Virus record (IMG/VR): IMGVR_UViG_3300026484_000402
Span: 1-64,000 of that record
DNA from: a virus
Direction: 5' to 3' (one strand)
Length of the DNA stretch: 64,000 nucleotides
Position 1 is the first letter of the stretch; each line of letters begins with the position of its first letter. This document shows, in pieces, positions 35,888 to 46,758 of this stretch. Under the pieces are notes generated by a model. It was not told the DNA's origin. It searched no databases and saw nothing but the letters and a program-made list of their open reading frames with translations. A program made the position numbers and the translations under genes.

Positions 35888-37178
35888 ATATATAGATGCA
35901 CAAATTGAATACGCTGAAGCAGAAAAAGAAATATGTCCCAATGGAATGTGCTCAATAGTAAAAACAGCTTCTGAAAGACCTGAGATTTTTAATGATATAA
36001 AAATTAAAAAAAATCACGCATATTTATATGTAATAGCTATGGGAGCTGGAGATTTTTATGGCGAAAACAAAAATGGAGACTTTTTTTGGGAAAAAGATTT
36101 AAAACAATATTACACTAAATTTTTAACATCAGGAGTATTTGTTCAACACGACAATAAAGACCCATCAAAAAGTATTGGTAAGGTTTTAAAAGCTATTTAT
36201 AACGATGAAATGCATAGAGTGGAACTACTTATAGAGATAAAAAAGGAATTAGCACCAGATATTTATTATTCTATTGAAAATGGAGAAAGAATAGCGGTTT
36301 CTATGGGAACCAAAGTTACCGAAGAACATTGCTCTTATTGTGGGCATGTCACAAAAGACAGTCTAGCAAACAGATGTGAGCATTTGAAATATATGATGCA
36401 TCAAATAATGCCTAATGGTGTAAGAGTTTTTGCTATAAACCATCCTCCTTTAAATTTCTTTGATATTTCTATAGTAAGAAGACCTGCTGATACTCAGGGG
36501 TATGCATTATTTCAAAAAGTAGCATCTGATAATAGTGAAAGGTTAATGCCCCAAAAAAAAGCTCTTTCTAAAATAGCAGAATTAAAAAAAAGAATAGATG
36601 CGTGGGCAGTATCAAATCCTCTCAACTATTCTGATATTAGAGAAATGAAACAAATACCTATGCCTATATTGAGTAATTTTATTAAAACAAATAATATTTT
36701 ATTAAGACCATCTGAGATAATAGGTTTATTAAGCAATATAGATGAATATACATATTCTTCTCTAACCAAGTATGACACTTTAAAAACAATGATTAGATTA
36801 TTGTCTTTATTGGAAGGGTGTGCACAACCACATATTGCTCCGGTTATTAAAATGGCCTCTGAAGACAGATATCCTGTTTTGAACAAATTAAAACATAGAG
36901 AAATATTAGTAAAAGAAGCTATGAATCAAATGGAATCGGAAAATATAGACGCTTTTGGAAATAAAAGAATAAAAATGAGAAAAAAACACAAAACCACTTC
37001 ATATCCATATAATGAATATGCTGGAATAAGAATAAATTTAAACAATGGAGATAGTGTAACAGTTCAAGAACATATATTTGACGATGTTTTTGAAGCCTTC
37101 AAAGACAGTGGAGCAATTGATTCAGTATATGGAATATTGCCTAATGGAACTGAGAAAATAATATCTATCCAAAGGTAA
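35877..37178 (+). CDS. Prohead (capsid maturation) protease, HK97/assemblin fold with Zn-finger insertion; start revised to MLTKY
   Basis: NKNGDFF, VQH (His), SIGKV, AVSMG (Ser), CSYC...CEH, FFDISIVRRPAD; AAGGAG SD. Confidence 0.8.
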   Translation: MLTKYIDAQIEYAEAEKEICPNGMCSIVKTASERPEIFNDIKIKKNHAYLYVIAMGAGDFYGENKNGDFFWEKDLKQYYTKFLTSGVFVQHDNKDPSKSIGKVLKAIYNDEMHRVELLIEIKKELAPDIYYSIENGERIAVSMGTKVTEEHCSYCGHVTKDSLANRCEHLKYMMHQIMPNGVRVFAINHPPLNFFDISIVRRPADTQGYALFQKVASDNSERLMPQKKALSKIAELKKRIDAWAVSNPLNYSDIREMKQIPMPILSNFIKTNNILLRPSEIIGLLSNIDEYTYSSLTKYDTLKTMIRLLSLLEGCAQPHIAPVIKMASEDRYPVLNKLKHREILVKEAMNQMESENIDAFGNKRIKMRKKHKTTSYPYNEYAGIRINLNNGDSVTVQEHIFDDVFEAFKDSGAIDSVYGILPNGTEKIISIQR

Positions 37179-37181
37179 TTT

Positions 37182-38357
37182 GTGGGCAAAAAAATTGGTA
37201 TTGGCAAAGTGGTAAATGTTTTTATTGATTCAACAAACACAATAAAAGCAGATGTTAAATTAGATAGTGGTGGTTATATAAAAGCTGTATTAGGGTCTGA
37301 AAAAATAAATGAAGACGATATTGTATATGTTATGAAAGATGATTTTGGCAGATATTATTTGACCCATAAAACATCATATAACCAAAGTTTGTTTACTTAT
37401 TTGGAATCCCCTTTTTACACTACTGTTGCAGGAGATTTTATTACAGGTGTTACCTTACTTGATATAGGAAATGATAGTTTTGTTATAAATTTTGATTTAT
37501 TAAATTCGGGTTCTCTGGCTATTGGTTCAGATATTGCATATATGGGGGTTGATTATGTTAATTATGTAGCTATAAAAAATGATACTAGTATTAGAAAGTT
37601 TGAAAGCGGCACATTGATAGAGGGTCCATTAATAAAAGGTTTTTCTTTTGATAAAAAGATTTCGTTTGAATTTTTAATAGGAAAAGTAAGAGATGATTTA
37701 CTGCATCTAAAATCTATACAAGATATTGGAAAGATAATAGTTAAATCTACGAATTCTTTTGCTGAAATTATGGGCAAGTATGGAGCTCAACTAATATCTA
37801 TATCTGAGGTATATAAAATAAAAGGCGTTGGTATAGGTTCTTATGTTGAATTAATTGCTATAGACCCTTCTTTTGCATCAGATTATTTAGATGATGTTAG
37901 AACAAATTTTTCCAAATTAACAGAAGAACTTAATGCACTAAAAATAAATCCTGATGTAATTATTGAATTTGATTTAGTTTTATCAAAAACTCCATACAAT
38001 TCAAATATCTCAATTTCTTTTTTTGGTGAAATATATTATGTTACTTATTTTAAAGCAATAACTCTTGATGGAAATCGTATTGAAATATCAGCAAAACATA
38101 TAAAATTAAATAATACAGATATTCTTAAAACAAATATTTCAGAAATGAAATTTAACAAGATTTTTGTAAACAATGCTTTTTATGTTAATGAAGGAGAAAC
38201 CTCTCTAGCAATATTAAACCCAAAATTAACGTTATTACTAAGAGATGCCGTATTGTCTGTTGATAAATATGAAATCACTGCCACAGACTATATAGATATG
38301 CATGTAGGCGGCAAAGGATTCTATATAGATATATATGGTACTAGCTCACATCACTGA
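37182..38357 (+). CDS. Putative baseplate central spike (gpV/gp5-like)
   Basis: N-terminal OB-like IGKVVNV...ADVKL, beta-rich body, His pair at the extreme C-terminus. Confidence 0.4.
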   Translation: MGKKIGIGKVVNVFIDSTNTIKADVKLDSGGYIKAVLGSEKINEDDIVYVMKDDFGRYYLTHKTSYNQSLFTYLESPFYTTVAGDFITGVTLLDIGNDSFVINFDLLNSGSLAIGSDIAYMGVDYVNYVAIKNDTSIRKFESGTLIEGPLIKGFSFDKKISFEFLIGKVRDDLLHLKSIQDIGKIIVKSTNSFAEIMGKYGAQLISISEVYKIKGVGIGSYVELIAIDPSFASDYLDDVRTNFSKLTEELNALKINPDVIIEFDLVLSKTPYNSNISISFFGEIYYVTYFKAITLDGNRIEISAKHIKLNNTDILKTNISEMKFNKIFVNNAFYVNEGETSLAILNPKLTLLLRDAVLSVDKYEITATDYIDMHVGGKGFYIDIYGTSSHH

Positions 38358-38442
38358 TGATTCGTGTTTTTTTATAGTAATAATTTACTTTTTTCTATTT
38401 TTAAGTAAAATAATAATGAAAACTAAAATTAAAGGAGATAAT

Positions 38443-39093
38443 ATGAACGAAATTCAACAATTGTTACAGCTTGTTGCGCAACATTTTGGTTGGCAGGTTG
38501 GGGACAAGATAAAGACAGAAATAAACAGTATACTTGCCCTAGAAAATGTAGACATTAAGGAACTTCAAAACAGAATAAAAACCATTGAAAGTATTCTTGA
38601 TGCCGACCCTGATACTGAGGAATTTGATGTAGCGCAAAATATTATCACTCAGCTTACTAATATTTTAACTAGACTTACAGATATTGAAAACAATATTTCA
38701 GATATTAGTTCAAGACTAGCTGATGTTGAATCACAAAATCAACAACAAAACAAAAGACTTGATGATATAGAATCACAATTATCCAATTTAACTTCAAATG
38801 ATACAATTAATGGGATTCAGGAAGAAATTAGCAATATTGAAACAGAAATTGATAATATTGAAAACATAATAGACAGTAAAGCCGACAAAACATATGTTGA
38901 TGAAAAATTTGTAACAAAAGAAAGTGTTACATCTATTAATGTAGAAGCATTAGCAAATATATTTAGAGCAGCAATGGATTGTGGATTTAACGGAGTTAGT
39001 TTAAGCGATTGCAATACTAATAATTCAAACAATAACCCACAAGATAATTCTGATAATGAAAATGGTGATACTGGGGACGGAGCAGTAATATAA
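38443..39093 (+). CDS. Coiled-coil fibre-like protein; start revised to MNEIQQ
   Basis: AAAGGAG SD; heptad repeats; KADKTYVD motif. Confidence 0.6.
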   Translation: MNEIQQLLQLVAQHFGWQVGDKIKTEINSILALENVDIKELQNRIKTIESILDADPDTEEFDVAQNIITQLTNILTRLTDIENNISDISSRLADVESQNQQQNKRLDDIESQLSNLTSNDTINGIQEEISNIETEIDNIENIIDSKADKTYVDEKFVTKESVTSINVEALANIFRAAMDCGFNGVSLSDCNTNNSNNNPQDNSDNENGDTGDGAVI

Positions 39094-39120
39094 TTGATTT
39101 TCCTCCCTCTTTTTTTGTAT

Positions 39121-39144
39121 AATGCCTTTTAAAAAGGCGTTTTT
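39121..39144 (+). terminator. Terminator-like hairpin overlapping a -10 (39118-39123) and the SD of the next gene
   Basis: AATGCCTTTT-A-AAAAGGCGTT followed by T's. Confidence 0.5.
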
Positions 39145-39570
39145 ATGAAAATACCTTCTAAAAAACCTCTTACTGAAAAACAAATTCAAAATATGATTAT
39201 AAAATATTTAGAATGGAGAAAAGATATATTCTTTTGGAGGCAAAATTCAGGTTCTTTTACTGAAAAAGCAAAATCTGTTTTAAGTAAAATAATTAATTCT
39301 ATCCCCAGTTTGAGTCCTACTATTAAGGCAAGAATTATAGGTTCGTTTTACAGACAAGTAGGGCATTACGATTGTGCTAGTGTTAAAGGGCTTCCTGATA
39401 TAATAGTTATCCAAAACGGAAAATTTATAGGACTTGAAGTAAAGACCAAAACAGGAAGACAAAGAGAGACCCAAAAAAACGTTCAAAATAAAATAGAAAA
39501 AGTTGGAGGGGAGTATTATATAGTAAGAAGTGTAGATGATGTAAAAAGAATATTGGACAAAAACAAATAA
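39145..39570 (+). CDS. VRR-NUC domain nuclease
   Basis: TEKQIQ, GLPDII, GLEVKT..GRQ...Q, YYIVRS. Confidence 0.85.
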   Translation: MKIPSKKPLTEKQIQNMIIKYLEWRKDIFFWRQNSGSFTEKAKSVLSKIINSIPSLSPTIKARIIGSFYRQVGHYDCASVKGLPDIIVIQNGKFIGLEVKTKTGRQRETQKNVQNKIEKVGGEYYIVRSVDDVKRILDKNK

Positions 39571-39606
39571 ACTTGTTACAATTAAAAAAAATTACAAGGA
39601 GCATTT

Positions 39607-40245
39607 ATGAGCTTTATAGAAAAAGTAGCTAGTTATTTTCAAACTTATGAAAATTCGTCAACTAAGGAAGGGTTGTTGAAAATAGCGGCTGAAGACGGGG
39701 TAACTGCCGATGACTTGGTTGCATTTCACAATTTAGTGTACGGTAATATTTTTACCGGCAAGAATCTCTTAAAAACAGCAAGCGAAAATCCTGAAAGTAA
39801 AATTATTGCTATAGGCATGGCATTTGACAAAGTTGCAAGTGGTGAAATGACCCCAGAAGAGGTTGTTGCTTACGCAAATGAACTAGGTATGACGAAAGAA
39901 GATGTTGATTTTATTTATGCACAAATTGAAAAACAAGCAGAAGAAGCTGGAATTATTGAACCAGAGGCAAATGAGTACGATGAAGATTTAACTGATAAAG
40001 TTGCAGAAGCAATGGATTATCTTGACGCAAACGGCATTGACCCTATAAGCGGGCTAATAATTGCTGCAAATGTTAATGAAGAAGGACTGATTGCTGACGA
40101 AAAAGTTGCTGAGGAAGCAGTTGAGGCTGGCTTTACAGAAGAGGACCTAACTAAAATTGCCGAAGTAGTTGATTTTCTAGGCGCTGTAGATGAAAAAGTT
40201 TTAGCTACTGCTGAAGCATTATTTGAAGCAGCGCATCAAGAATAA
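39607..40245 (+). CDS. Acidic K-x-A repeat protein (scaffold-like)
   Basis: 8 K-x-A sites; C-terminal domain paralogous to 4001..4987. Confidence 0.65.
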   Translation: MSFIEKVASYFQTYENSSTKEGLLKIAAEDGVTADDLVAFHNLVYGNIFTGKNLLKTASENPESKIIAIGMAFDKVASGEMTPEEVVAYANELGMTKEDVDFIYAQIEKQAEEAGIIEPEANEYDEDLTDKVAEAMDYLDANGIDPISGLIIAANVNEEGLIADEKVAEEAVEAGFTEEDLTKIAEVVDFLGAVDEKVLATAEALFEAAHQE

Positions 40246-40325
40246 ACCGCCTTTTCTCTTTCTTTTCACCTTTTAATTTCACTTATCTATCTTTTTTTAG
40301 TATAATTAACAAAAAAAGGACTGTT

Positions 40326-41288
40326 ATGTATCCAATAGAAGAATTAGCAAATCAAATAGTTAATTCAGACGATGTTGCTGCAGAATTTGCAAAAATCGCA
40401 AGCAATATGGATGAAAGGTGGAAAGTTACTTTAGCTAGAGAGGTAAATAAACAGAATTTTATTAAAAAACTTCAAGAATCAGACTTAAATTCAGATATAA
40501 GATTTGATGTAGTAGAAACCCCTGAAATGTCTAAACTAGCTTCTGAAAAAGAAAAAAGTAGACCCCAAAATCTTACTAAAACAGCTTCTGTTAACAAACA
40601 GGCGAACATAGAAAAAAAAGCACAAATATTGCCTTCAATGTTTGTTATAAAACAAAATGAAAATATTTATAGAGAAAAAATTTCCTCAGGATACACATAT
40701 AAAGAAACTTTAACAAAAGAAGCAAAAGAGGCAATTAATGATGAATTAGCATATGAATTAAAGGATAAAATAGCAAAAGAAGAAAATGAAAAAAATAGAT
40801 TATTATTTGAAGCAGAGGTGGCAAAAGAAATACTGCTTGATAAAATAGCTTCTTTAACAGATATGGAGTCTGAAATGAGAGATATTATAAAAACTCTAGT
40901 AAAATCTAATATGGAAAAATATGCTGAAGATGTTTTAATGAGAAGCAATGTGAGAACAGATATGTTATCAAAAGTAGCAAGCGAAAATCTTGATATTGAG
41001 AAAAAAGCCAAATTAGACGATGCTATAAATAAACTTGCTCAGATTGACGAATTAATGGAAAAAAAAGCTATTGGTCCTCTGGCTAGAGTTGTGACAACTG
41101 TATTAGGTAAAGGGCTAAATTTAATTGGGACTGGTGCTGCATATGGAGCAAGAGGAGCTGCAATAGCAGCAAAGGGATTTGCTAGAACAGCTATTAAACA
41201 CCCTATTGCCACTACTGCTGTAGTAGCCGGCTCTAATGTATCAGATAAATCTACTAATCAAATAAGAAATGTAGTGCTAGGATATTGA
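40326..41288 (+). CDS. K-x-A repeat region plus C-terminal Gly/Ala-rich basic segment
   Basis: About 12 K-x-A sites, then IGPLARVVTTVLGKGLNLIGTGAAYGARGAAIAAKG. Confidence 0.65.
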   Translation: MYPIEELANQIVNSDDVAAEFAKIASNMDERWKVTLAREVNKQNFIKKLQESDLNSDIRFDVVETPEMSKLASEKEKSRPQNLTKTASVNKQANIEKKAQILPSMFVIKQNENIYREKISSGYTYKETLTKEAKEAINDELAYELKDKIAKEENEKNRLLFEAEVAKEILLDKIASLTDMESEMRDIIKTLVKSNMEKYAEDVLMRSNVRTDMLSKVASENLDIEKKAKLDDAINKLAQIDELMEKKAIGPLARVVTTVLGKGLNLIGTGAAYGARGAAIAAKGFARTAIKHPIATTAVVAGSNVSDKSTNQIRNVVLGY

Positions 41289-41289
41289 G

Positions 41290-42525
41290 ATGTTAAACAA
41301 TTTTAATTCTCTAATTTCTGATTCGTTTAAAAAAGCTGTTTTAAATACAGCTAGAAAAGAAGTGAATAATATTGTAGATACTTCAGTTATGACTGATGAG
41401 CAGAAAGAAGCAATAGAAACTTTTTTTGTTCAACCATTATTTTGGTCTAAATTATATTTTTTTGCAGGGATTTATTTTCAATTCAATGAAACTGATATTA
41501 CATCAGTTATTATGAATCCAAATATTTCAGATGATGATAAAAAATATTTTCTTAACACTTTGTTGCTTAAACTAGGAATAGATAGTACGGGCGACATAAA
41601 TAAAGACGCCCAACTTATTTTAAATAAACTTTTTTATACAAATGAAATAAAGACTTCTAAAGTGTCATCATTACTTGAGCATAATGAAATAAAAGCAATA
41701 CAATTTAATCCAAACCTAATTCATTTTTGTAATGAATTATCACAATATGCTTATGATAATTTTAAAGATTTGTATCTAGCTGAAAATTTGAAAAGTTTAT
41801 TTTATATATCTGAAATAGCAGATAAAACTGTGTCTTTTGATAAAATTAACGAATATTTTAACACCAAACAATCTACATATCACCGTAATTCAGTTGCAAT
41901 ATACACCAGTGATGCAACTATAGTTAAAAACTCCCAAAATATTTATGTTCCAGAAGGTGATATCAAAACAGTGTCTATTGATGGTATGTTTTTTGATATT
42001 AAGATTTTAGCCGACAATAAGGAAAATGTAAAAGTAAGTTTTGCTAAAAATAATTTTATAGGGAATGAAAAAAAAGAATATTTATTAACATTGATAGGCC
42101 CGGTAAATGTAACTATAGAGTTATATGGTAGTGAGATTTCTAATGATATTATCTCTGAAATTAATTCAACATTTAAAGAATATGATTGTAAAGTAATGGC
42201 TCCATTTAAAATAGAGGCTGAAATAACAGTAAACAATGAGAATAATTTAAATAAATTATATGAATTAACTAATTTTAAAGATTATGATTATTTTTTTGAA
42301 AAAATAAAAACATATGCTAATGAATTGATTTTAAATAATAATATGATTGCGGATTATGTCGCTAATATTTTTCTAAACCCTTTTGTGTTTAAATCGATTA
42401 GCTTTAATTATTTAGGAATTCCATTTAATGAAACTAAAATAACATCCAATATGAACAAAGATAATTGTTTAATTAAAATTGCTAAAATAATAGTTAGGGA
42501 AACAGGCAATGTTTACTCCTTTTAG
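41290..42525 (+). CDS. Putative baseplate protein
   Basis: Size and position before the tape measure; no diagnostic motif. Confidence 0.35.
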   Translation: MLNNFNSLISDSFKKAVLNTARKEVNNIVDTSVMTDEQKEAIETFFVQPLFWSKLYFFAGIYFQFNETDITSVIMNPNISDDDKKYFLNTLLLKLGIDSTGDINKDAQLILNKLFYTNEIKTSKVSSLLEHNEIKAIQFNPNLIHFCNELSQYAYDNFKDLYLAENLKSLFYISEIADKTVSFDKINEYFNTKQSTYHRNSVAIYTSDATIVKNSQNIYVPEGDIKTVSIDGMFFDIKILADNKENVKVSFAKNNFIGNEKKEYLLTLIGPVNVTIELYGSEISNDIISEINSTFKEYDCKVMAPFKIEAEITVNNENNLNKLYELTNFKDYDYFFEKIKTYANELILNNNMIADYVANIFLNPFVFKSISFNYLGIPFNETKITSNMNKDNCLIKIAKIIVRETGNVYSF

Positions 42526-43216
42526 TGTTGTATACGGCAGTTATTCTGATAATATAGAAAAAGATAACGATATTTTAAAAATAATATCATTGTATAATTC
42601 ACTTACAGAAATACAATATATAAATTATATAAATAATGATTTTTTTATTCTTCCTACATATATAGAGGATATAGATGATGAAAACTTTACTCTGAAAGAC
42701 GCTTTTGGAAAACAAATAAATTCAATCGTTGGATATATTAATGATGATAACGCTTTAATTAATATTAATATCACATTTCCAGCTTCCAAAAATGATTATA
42801 TTGATTTTTATAATTTAAAAGGTTTTATTGTTTACGTTAAAATACCCAATGAAAAACAACTAAAAATAACACCTATTTTTAAAAACAAAAACCAATATTC
42901 TATATTTGATAAAGTTTTGCTTAACAGAGCTGAATTGTTTTTAAATTATTTATTTGGATGCACTTATTCAACATTGAATGATAAAGTTACTGAAATAGGT
43001 GACGGTTATGTCAAAATAGGGGAAACAACTTTTAATGTTGATAATGAATTAATATGTGTAAAAGTTGATGATGTTGTTAAAAAAGGCGATTTAATTGAAA
43101 AAAATTTCTCATTCACAAAGCAAAAAGGAATTATAGTTTTATCATATAAAAAAGATTTTACTTTTCCAATAGATATGGTACTACCTTTTGAAAAAATAAA
43201 AATCATTAAGGAATAA
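42509..43216 (+). CDS. Putative baseplate protein
   Basis: Position; VKVDDVVKKGD hybrid-motif-like segment. Confidence 0.35.
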   Translation: MFTPFSVVYGSYSDNIEKDNDILKIISLYNSLTEIQYINYINNDFFILPTYIEDIDDENFTLKDAFGKQINSIVGYINDDNALININITFPASKNDYIDFYNLKGFIVYVKIPNEKQLKITPIFKNKNQYSIFDKVLLNRAELFLNYLFGCTYSTLNDKVTEIGDGYVKIGETTFNVDNELICVKVDDVVKKGDLIEKNFSFTKQKGIIVLSYKKDFTFPIDMVLPFEKIKIIKE

Positions 43217-43218
43217 TA

Positions 43219-46200
43219 ATGTATTCTCCGTTTGCGTATGACCCATATGAAACTACAGGAAGTTCTTACTATTCTCCTTTATCAGGCTATTTAGCTGCCC
43301 CTCATATATTTAATCCTTCCACATATGGACAATATGCCCCAGATACTATGGCTATGATGAGAACTCCTTACGGAGGGGCCTTTCAGACTCCTATGTCTAA
43401 TAATTATTATGCCGCTATGATTGCTCATCCATTTAAATCGTTCTTGACCTATAAAGTGCCTCTCTATATGGCTCCTGCTGGCTTAAATCCAGTTTTATTT
43501 GACACTTATGCTAACGAAGCTAAAGCTCAAGGGACAATTGGAACAGCAGGGTTTGTAGCAGGTAGCGGAATGTCGTTGGCTTTAGGCGCTGTAGGAGCTT
43601 CTTTTGCGGGTCCTATTGGTGGTATTGCCGGTTCTTTATTAGGAGAAGCACTTGGAAATACTATAATGGCTCCTCTTAATACTGCTGCCGGAAGAATTAT
43701 ACAAACGCATGAAGCAGCTAATTTGCTTAATGTAGCAGGGGCAGGAAAATATGGTTTTGGAATAAGTATGGGACAAGCAACTAAATTATATAAAGACTTT
43801 ACTGCCTCCGCCGTTGAACATCCTAGATTCTCACCAGAAGAACAACAATTAGCATTCAATGAATTAGCAAGAAATTCAATGATAGATGATAGCGGTGATT
43901 TTGGTGAGGTGGAAATGAATATTAAAAAAATGAAAAATGTTGTTGAGAAATTAAGAGATTTATTTAATGGAAGTATAAAGCAAACCATTCAAGCATTAAG
44001 GCAATTAAATTTATCAGGAATAAGTTCTGAAGATTTTGTTCATGTTACAGCAGCTGCAGGAGTTGCTGCAGCAAACAAAGGTCAAACCACAGCTGATTAT
44101 ATTAATAATACAGTAAACACTGCTCAAATAACATCTAATCAGACAGGTTTTTCAAAAGGAACAATGTTTGAAGTTAAAACAATGTTTGACTCAACTACAG
44201 ATATTGTTGGAAATGCTGTAAAACAGTTTTACAAAAAAGGATTATCAAACAAAGATAGAGTAGAAAAATTTCAACAAGATTTTATAAGAAGTATGTCGGC
44301 GTTAGGAATGAATGGAAATGTTTTATTGGCAAATAAAGCAATGTCTCCTCAACAATATGTTCTAACTGCGTTAGAAGCTGGTATACAGAAATACAATAAA
44401 GATGTTGGAGAACATTTAACATTAAGGGACGTAATTAATAATAAGCAACTTCAAGAAAAAATTATGAATAGATATGGAGTTAAAGAACTTCAGAAATTAG
44501 AACAGCAATATAATGGAGACTACAATAAAATATTTAATTATTTAGCAAACAAAGATAGTAGTTATTATTATGATGTATTGGATTTTCGTCGAACAGCTAA
44601 TGATGTAAAAAGAATAGACAGTAAAAAGGTCTTAAATCTTATAAGTAGTTATTTGCCCAATATGAGTAGTAAATTAAAAGATTTATTAGTTCATAAAAAA
44701 CTTGGAATGTTAAATCCGGAAGAGTATGACTCTACATTAAAATTGTTAGATATATATAACAATAATCCAGATTTGTTTGAAAAAATATTTAAAACAAGTG
44801 AACAAAGAACAGAAAAAGCTATAGCAAAAGATAGATGGCAAAGATTAAAAGCTGAAAATAGTTTTCAAGCAGTCTTTAGAAGAGTGAAATACAATTTTCA
44901 AAAAAGTATGGCAACTTTAGTTTCATGGATGCCTGGATTTGGTGAAGATGAAACATTCAAACCATTAAACACAAAAGTGGCGCAAGGAAAAATAGGTAAA
45001 TATTATAACGCATTGAATAAACTAGGTTCGGTAAAACTAGATGATATGTTAGTGCGTGGATATTTTCCTTCTTCTTTTGAAGGGAATGTGTTTAGCGCTT
45101 TAAGAAGAACGTTTGTTGGAAGTGAAGATGAAAGAGATGTAAGTAATAGAATGCAAGATTTATTAGGGGGACAATGGTTTTCTTACAATAAAGAGGACTT
45201 TCCGCATATATGGGCGGCTGCTAAACATAGAAGAAGAGCAATGGAACATATGTATCGTACTATCGATTCATGGTCTAAAGGAGATGAAGAAGCAACTTCC
45301 GTGTTGGCTGCATACTTTTCAAAGAAAAGAACAGAAGACGAAACGAATTCGGCTGTTACCAATATTGGAGCGACTGATGAATTTAAAAATTATTTTAAAA
45401 AATTAACACAGACAATAACAGAAATAAATAACGCTATTAAAGAGGCTAAAGCAAAAATAGGCGCATCACAATTTGAAGCTATGAATAGTGACGATGTTAG
45501 AGAAGGATTGCTTAAAAAATTAAACTTTAACGGTTCTTATGAAGAGATGATAGAAAAAGCGCACAGTGACAACAATTTAAAAAGTAAAATAATAAAAACA
45601 TATGAAAAAGCAGGATTAGACCAAAAACAAGCTAATGCGTTATTTGAATATGAATTTAATAGAGCAAAAAAACAAAAAACAATAAACGAAATGAAAACTA
45701 TATATACAGCTGATGAAGCGGGTATAGTTGGAGTTTTAAGGCAAATGGGATACAAGGGGGATATAAAATATGATGATATTAAAGACATATCTGAAGCATT
45801 ATCAGAAAACGCTATTTTTAGGAAAAAATTTACAGAATCTTTAATGAAAAGTAATCATATAAGCAAAGAAGCAGCTACCAAAGTAGTTAACTATTTAACT
45901 AAATACGGAGACAAAGACGCAAATATTAGAGCAGATGTGTTGTCATTTAATCAGATATCTCAAGAAGATTATATGGAAGTATTTAAGAAAGATAATATTG
46001 TTTCTAATATGTTTAAAAAGGGAGCGGCAATAGAGACGCTAAAAGCCATGCAAGCATATAAAAATAATTTTGAAGATTTTTATAAAGATATAAAATTCCT
46101 ACAAGAAAATGAAGAATTTAATGATTATTATGGAAGCAGCGAAAACTCTAAAAAAATAATGAATTTTATGATGTCAAGAGGACATTTTAACAATAAAGAA

Positions 46201-46707
46201 CAACTAGACGCAATAACTAAAGTATATACTTCTTTGAGAGATTATTTTGATAAGCATGGTAAATTAGATTTTAATGGACGTACCTATATGTCTTTTAAAG
46301 AATTTGTTGCAGATGAGCCTATGTTTAAATTATATACTAAAAAAATATTAAGTGCTGGATTTGCTTCTCAATTAAGTAAAAAACTTGGAATAGATGCTTA
46401 TGAGAATCCAGAAGATATTATGAAGTTAATAAAAGGCGCTTTTAAATATGATGAACAAACTGGTAAATTTACGCTTAAAAGCAAAGAAGAACTAGATAAA
46501 AATTTTAAAGATTTGCCGGCATTGTTAAAAAAATTGCACCTTGGAGAATCGTATGCTGATTTGGGAAGAATAGAAAGCCAATTAAATGGGGACAACAGTC
46601 TAAAACAGACAAATTCTTGGCTACAATCTATCTATAGAGTATTAGAAGAAATTAAAAATGGAGATGAAAAAAACTCAAAAATTAAAAATGATAATATAAA
46701 ACATTAA
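43219..46707 (+). CDS. Tape measure-like protein
   Basis: 1162 aa, mostly helical; Gly/Ala-rich hydrophobic stretch (GAVGASFAGPIGGIAGSLLG); near the frameshifting chaperone. Confidence 0.6.
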   Translation: MYSPFAYDPYETTGSSYYSPLSGYLAAPHIFNPSTYGQYAPDTMAMMRTPYGGAFQTPMSNNYYAAMIAHPFKSFLTYKVPLYMAPAGLNPVLFDTYANEAKAQGTIGTAGFVAGSGMSLALGAVGASFAGPIGGIAGSLLGEALGNTIMAPLNTAAGRIIQTHEAANLLNVAGAGKYGFGISMGQATKLYKDFTASAVEHPRFSPEEQQLAFNELARNSMIDDSGDFGEVEMNIKKMKNVVEKLRDLFNGSIKQTIQALRQLNLSGISSEDFVHVTAAAGVAAANKGQTTADYINNTVNTAQITSNQTGFSKGTMFEVKTMFDSTTDIVGNAVKQFYKKGLSNKDRVEKFQQDFIRSMSALGMNGNVLLANKAMSPQQYVLTALEAGIQKYNKDVGEHLTLRDVINNKQLQEKIMNRYGVKELQKLEQQYNGDYNKIFNYLANKDSSYYYDVLDFRRTANDVKRIDSKKVLNLISSYLPNMSSKLKDLLVHKKLGMLNPEEYDSTLKLLDIYNNNPDLFEKIFKTSEQRTEKAIAKDRWQRLKAENSFQAVFRRVKYNFQKSMATLVSWMPGFGEDETFKPLNTKVAQGKIGKYYNALNKLGSVKLDDMLVRGYFPSSFEGNVFSALRRTFVGSEDERDVSNRMQDLLGGQWFSYNKEDFPHIWAAAKHRRRAMEHMYRTIDSWSKGDEEATSVLAAYFSKKRTEDETNSAVTNIGATDEFKNYFKKLTQTITEINNAIKEAKAKIGASQFEAMNSDDVREGLLKKLNFNGSYEEMIEKAHSDNNLKSKIIKTYEKAGLDQKQANALFEYEFNRAKKQKTINEMKTIYTADEAGIVGVLRQMGYKGDIKYDDIKDISEALSENAIFRKKFTESLMKSNHISKEAATKVVNYLTKYGDKDANIRADVLSFNQISQEDYMEVFKKDNIVSNMFKKGAAIETLKAMQAYKNNFEDFYKDIKFLQENEEFNDYYGSSENSKKIMNFMMSRGHFNNKEQLDAITKVYTSLRDYFDKHGKLDFNGRTYMSFKEFVADEPMFKLYTKKILSAGFASQLSKKLGIDAYENPEDIMKLIKGAFKYDEQTGKFTLKSKEELDKNFKDLPALLKKLHLGESYADLGRIESQLNGDNSLKQTNSWLQSIYRVLEEIKNGDEKNSKIKNDNIKH

Positions 46708-46758
46708 TTTTGCTTTTTTTATTGAATTTTTGGTAAAATACAGAAAAAAAGGAATTGT

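Noticed and set aside
38335-38442. N-terminal TM segment on the coiled-coil protein
   Set aside because: Artefact of an upstream start; the strong SD places the start at 38443 and the extension is promoter DNA
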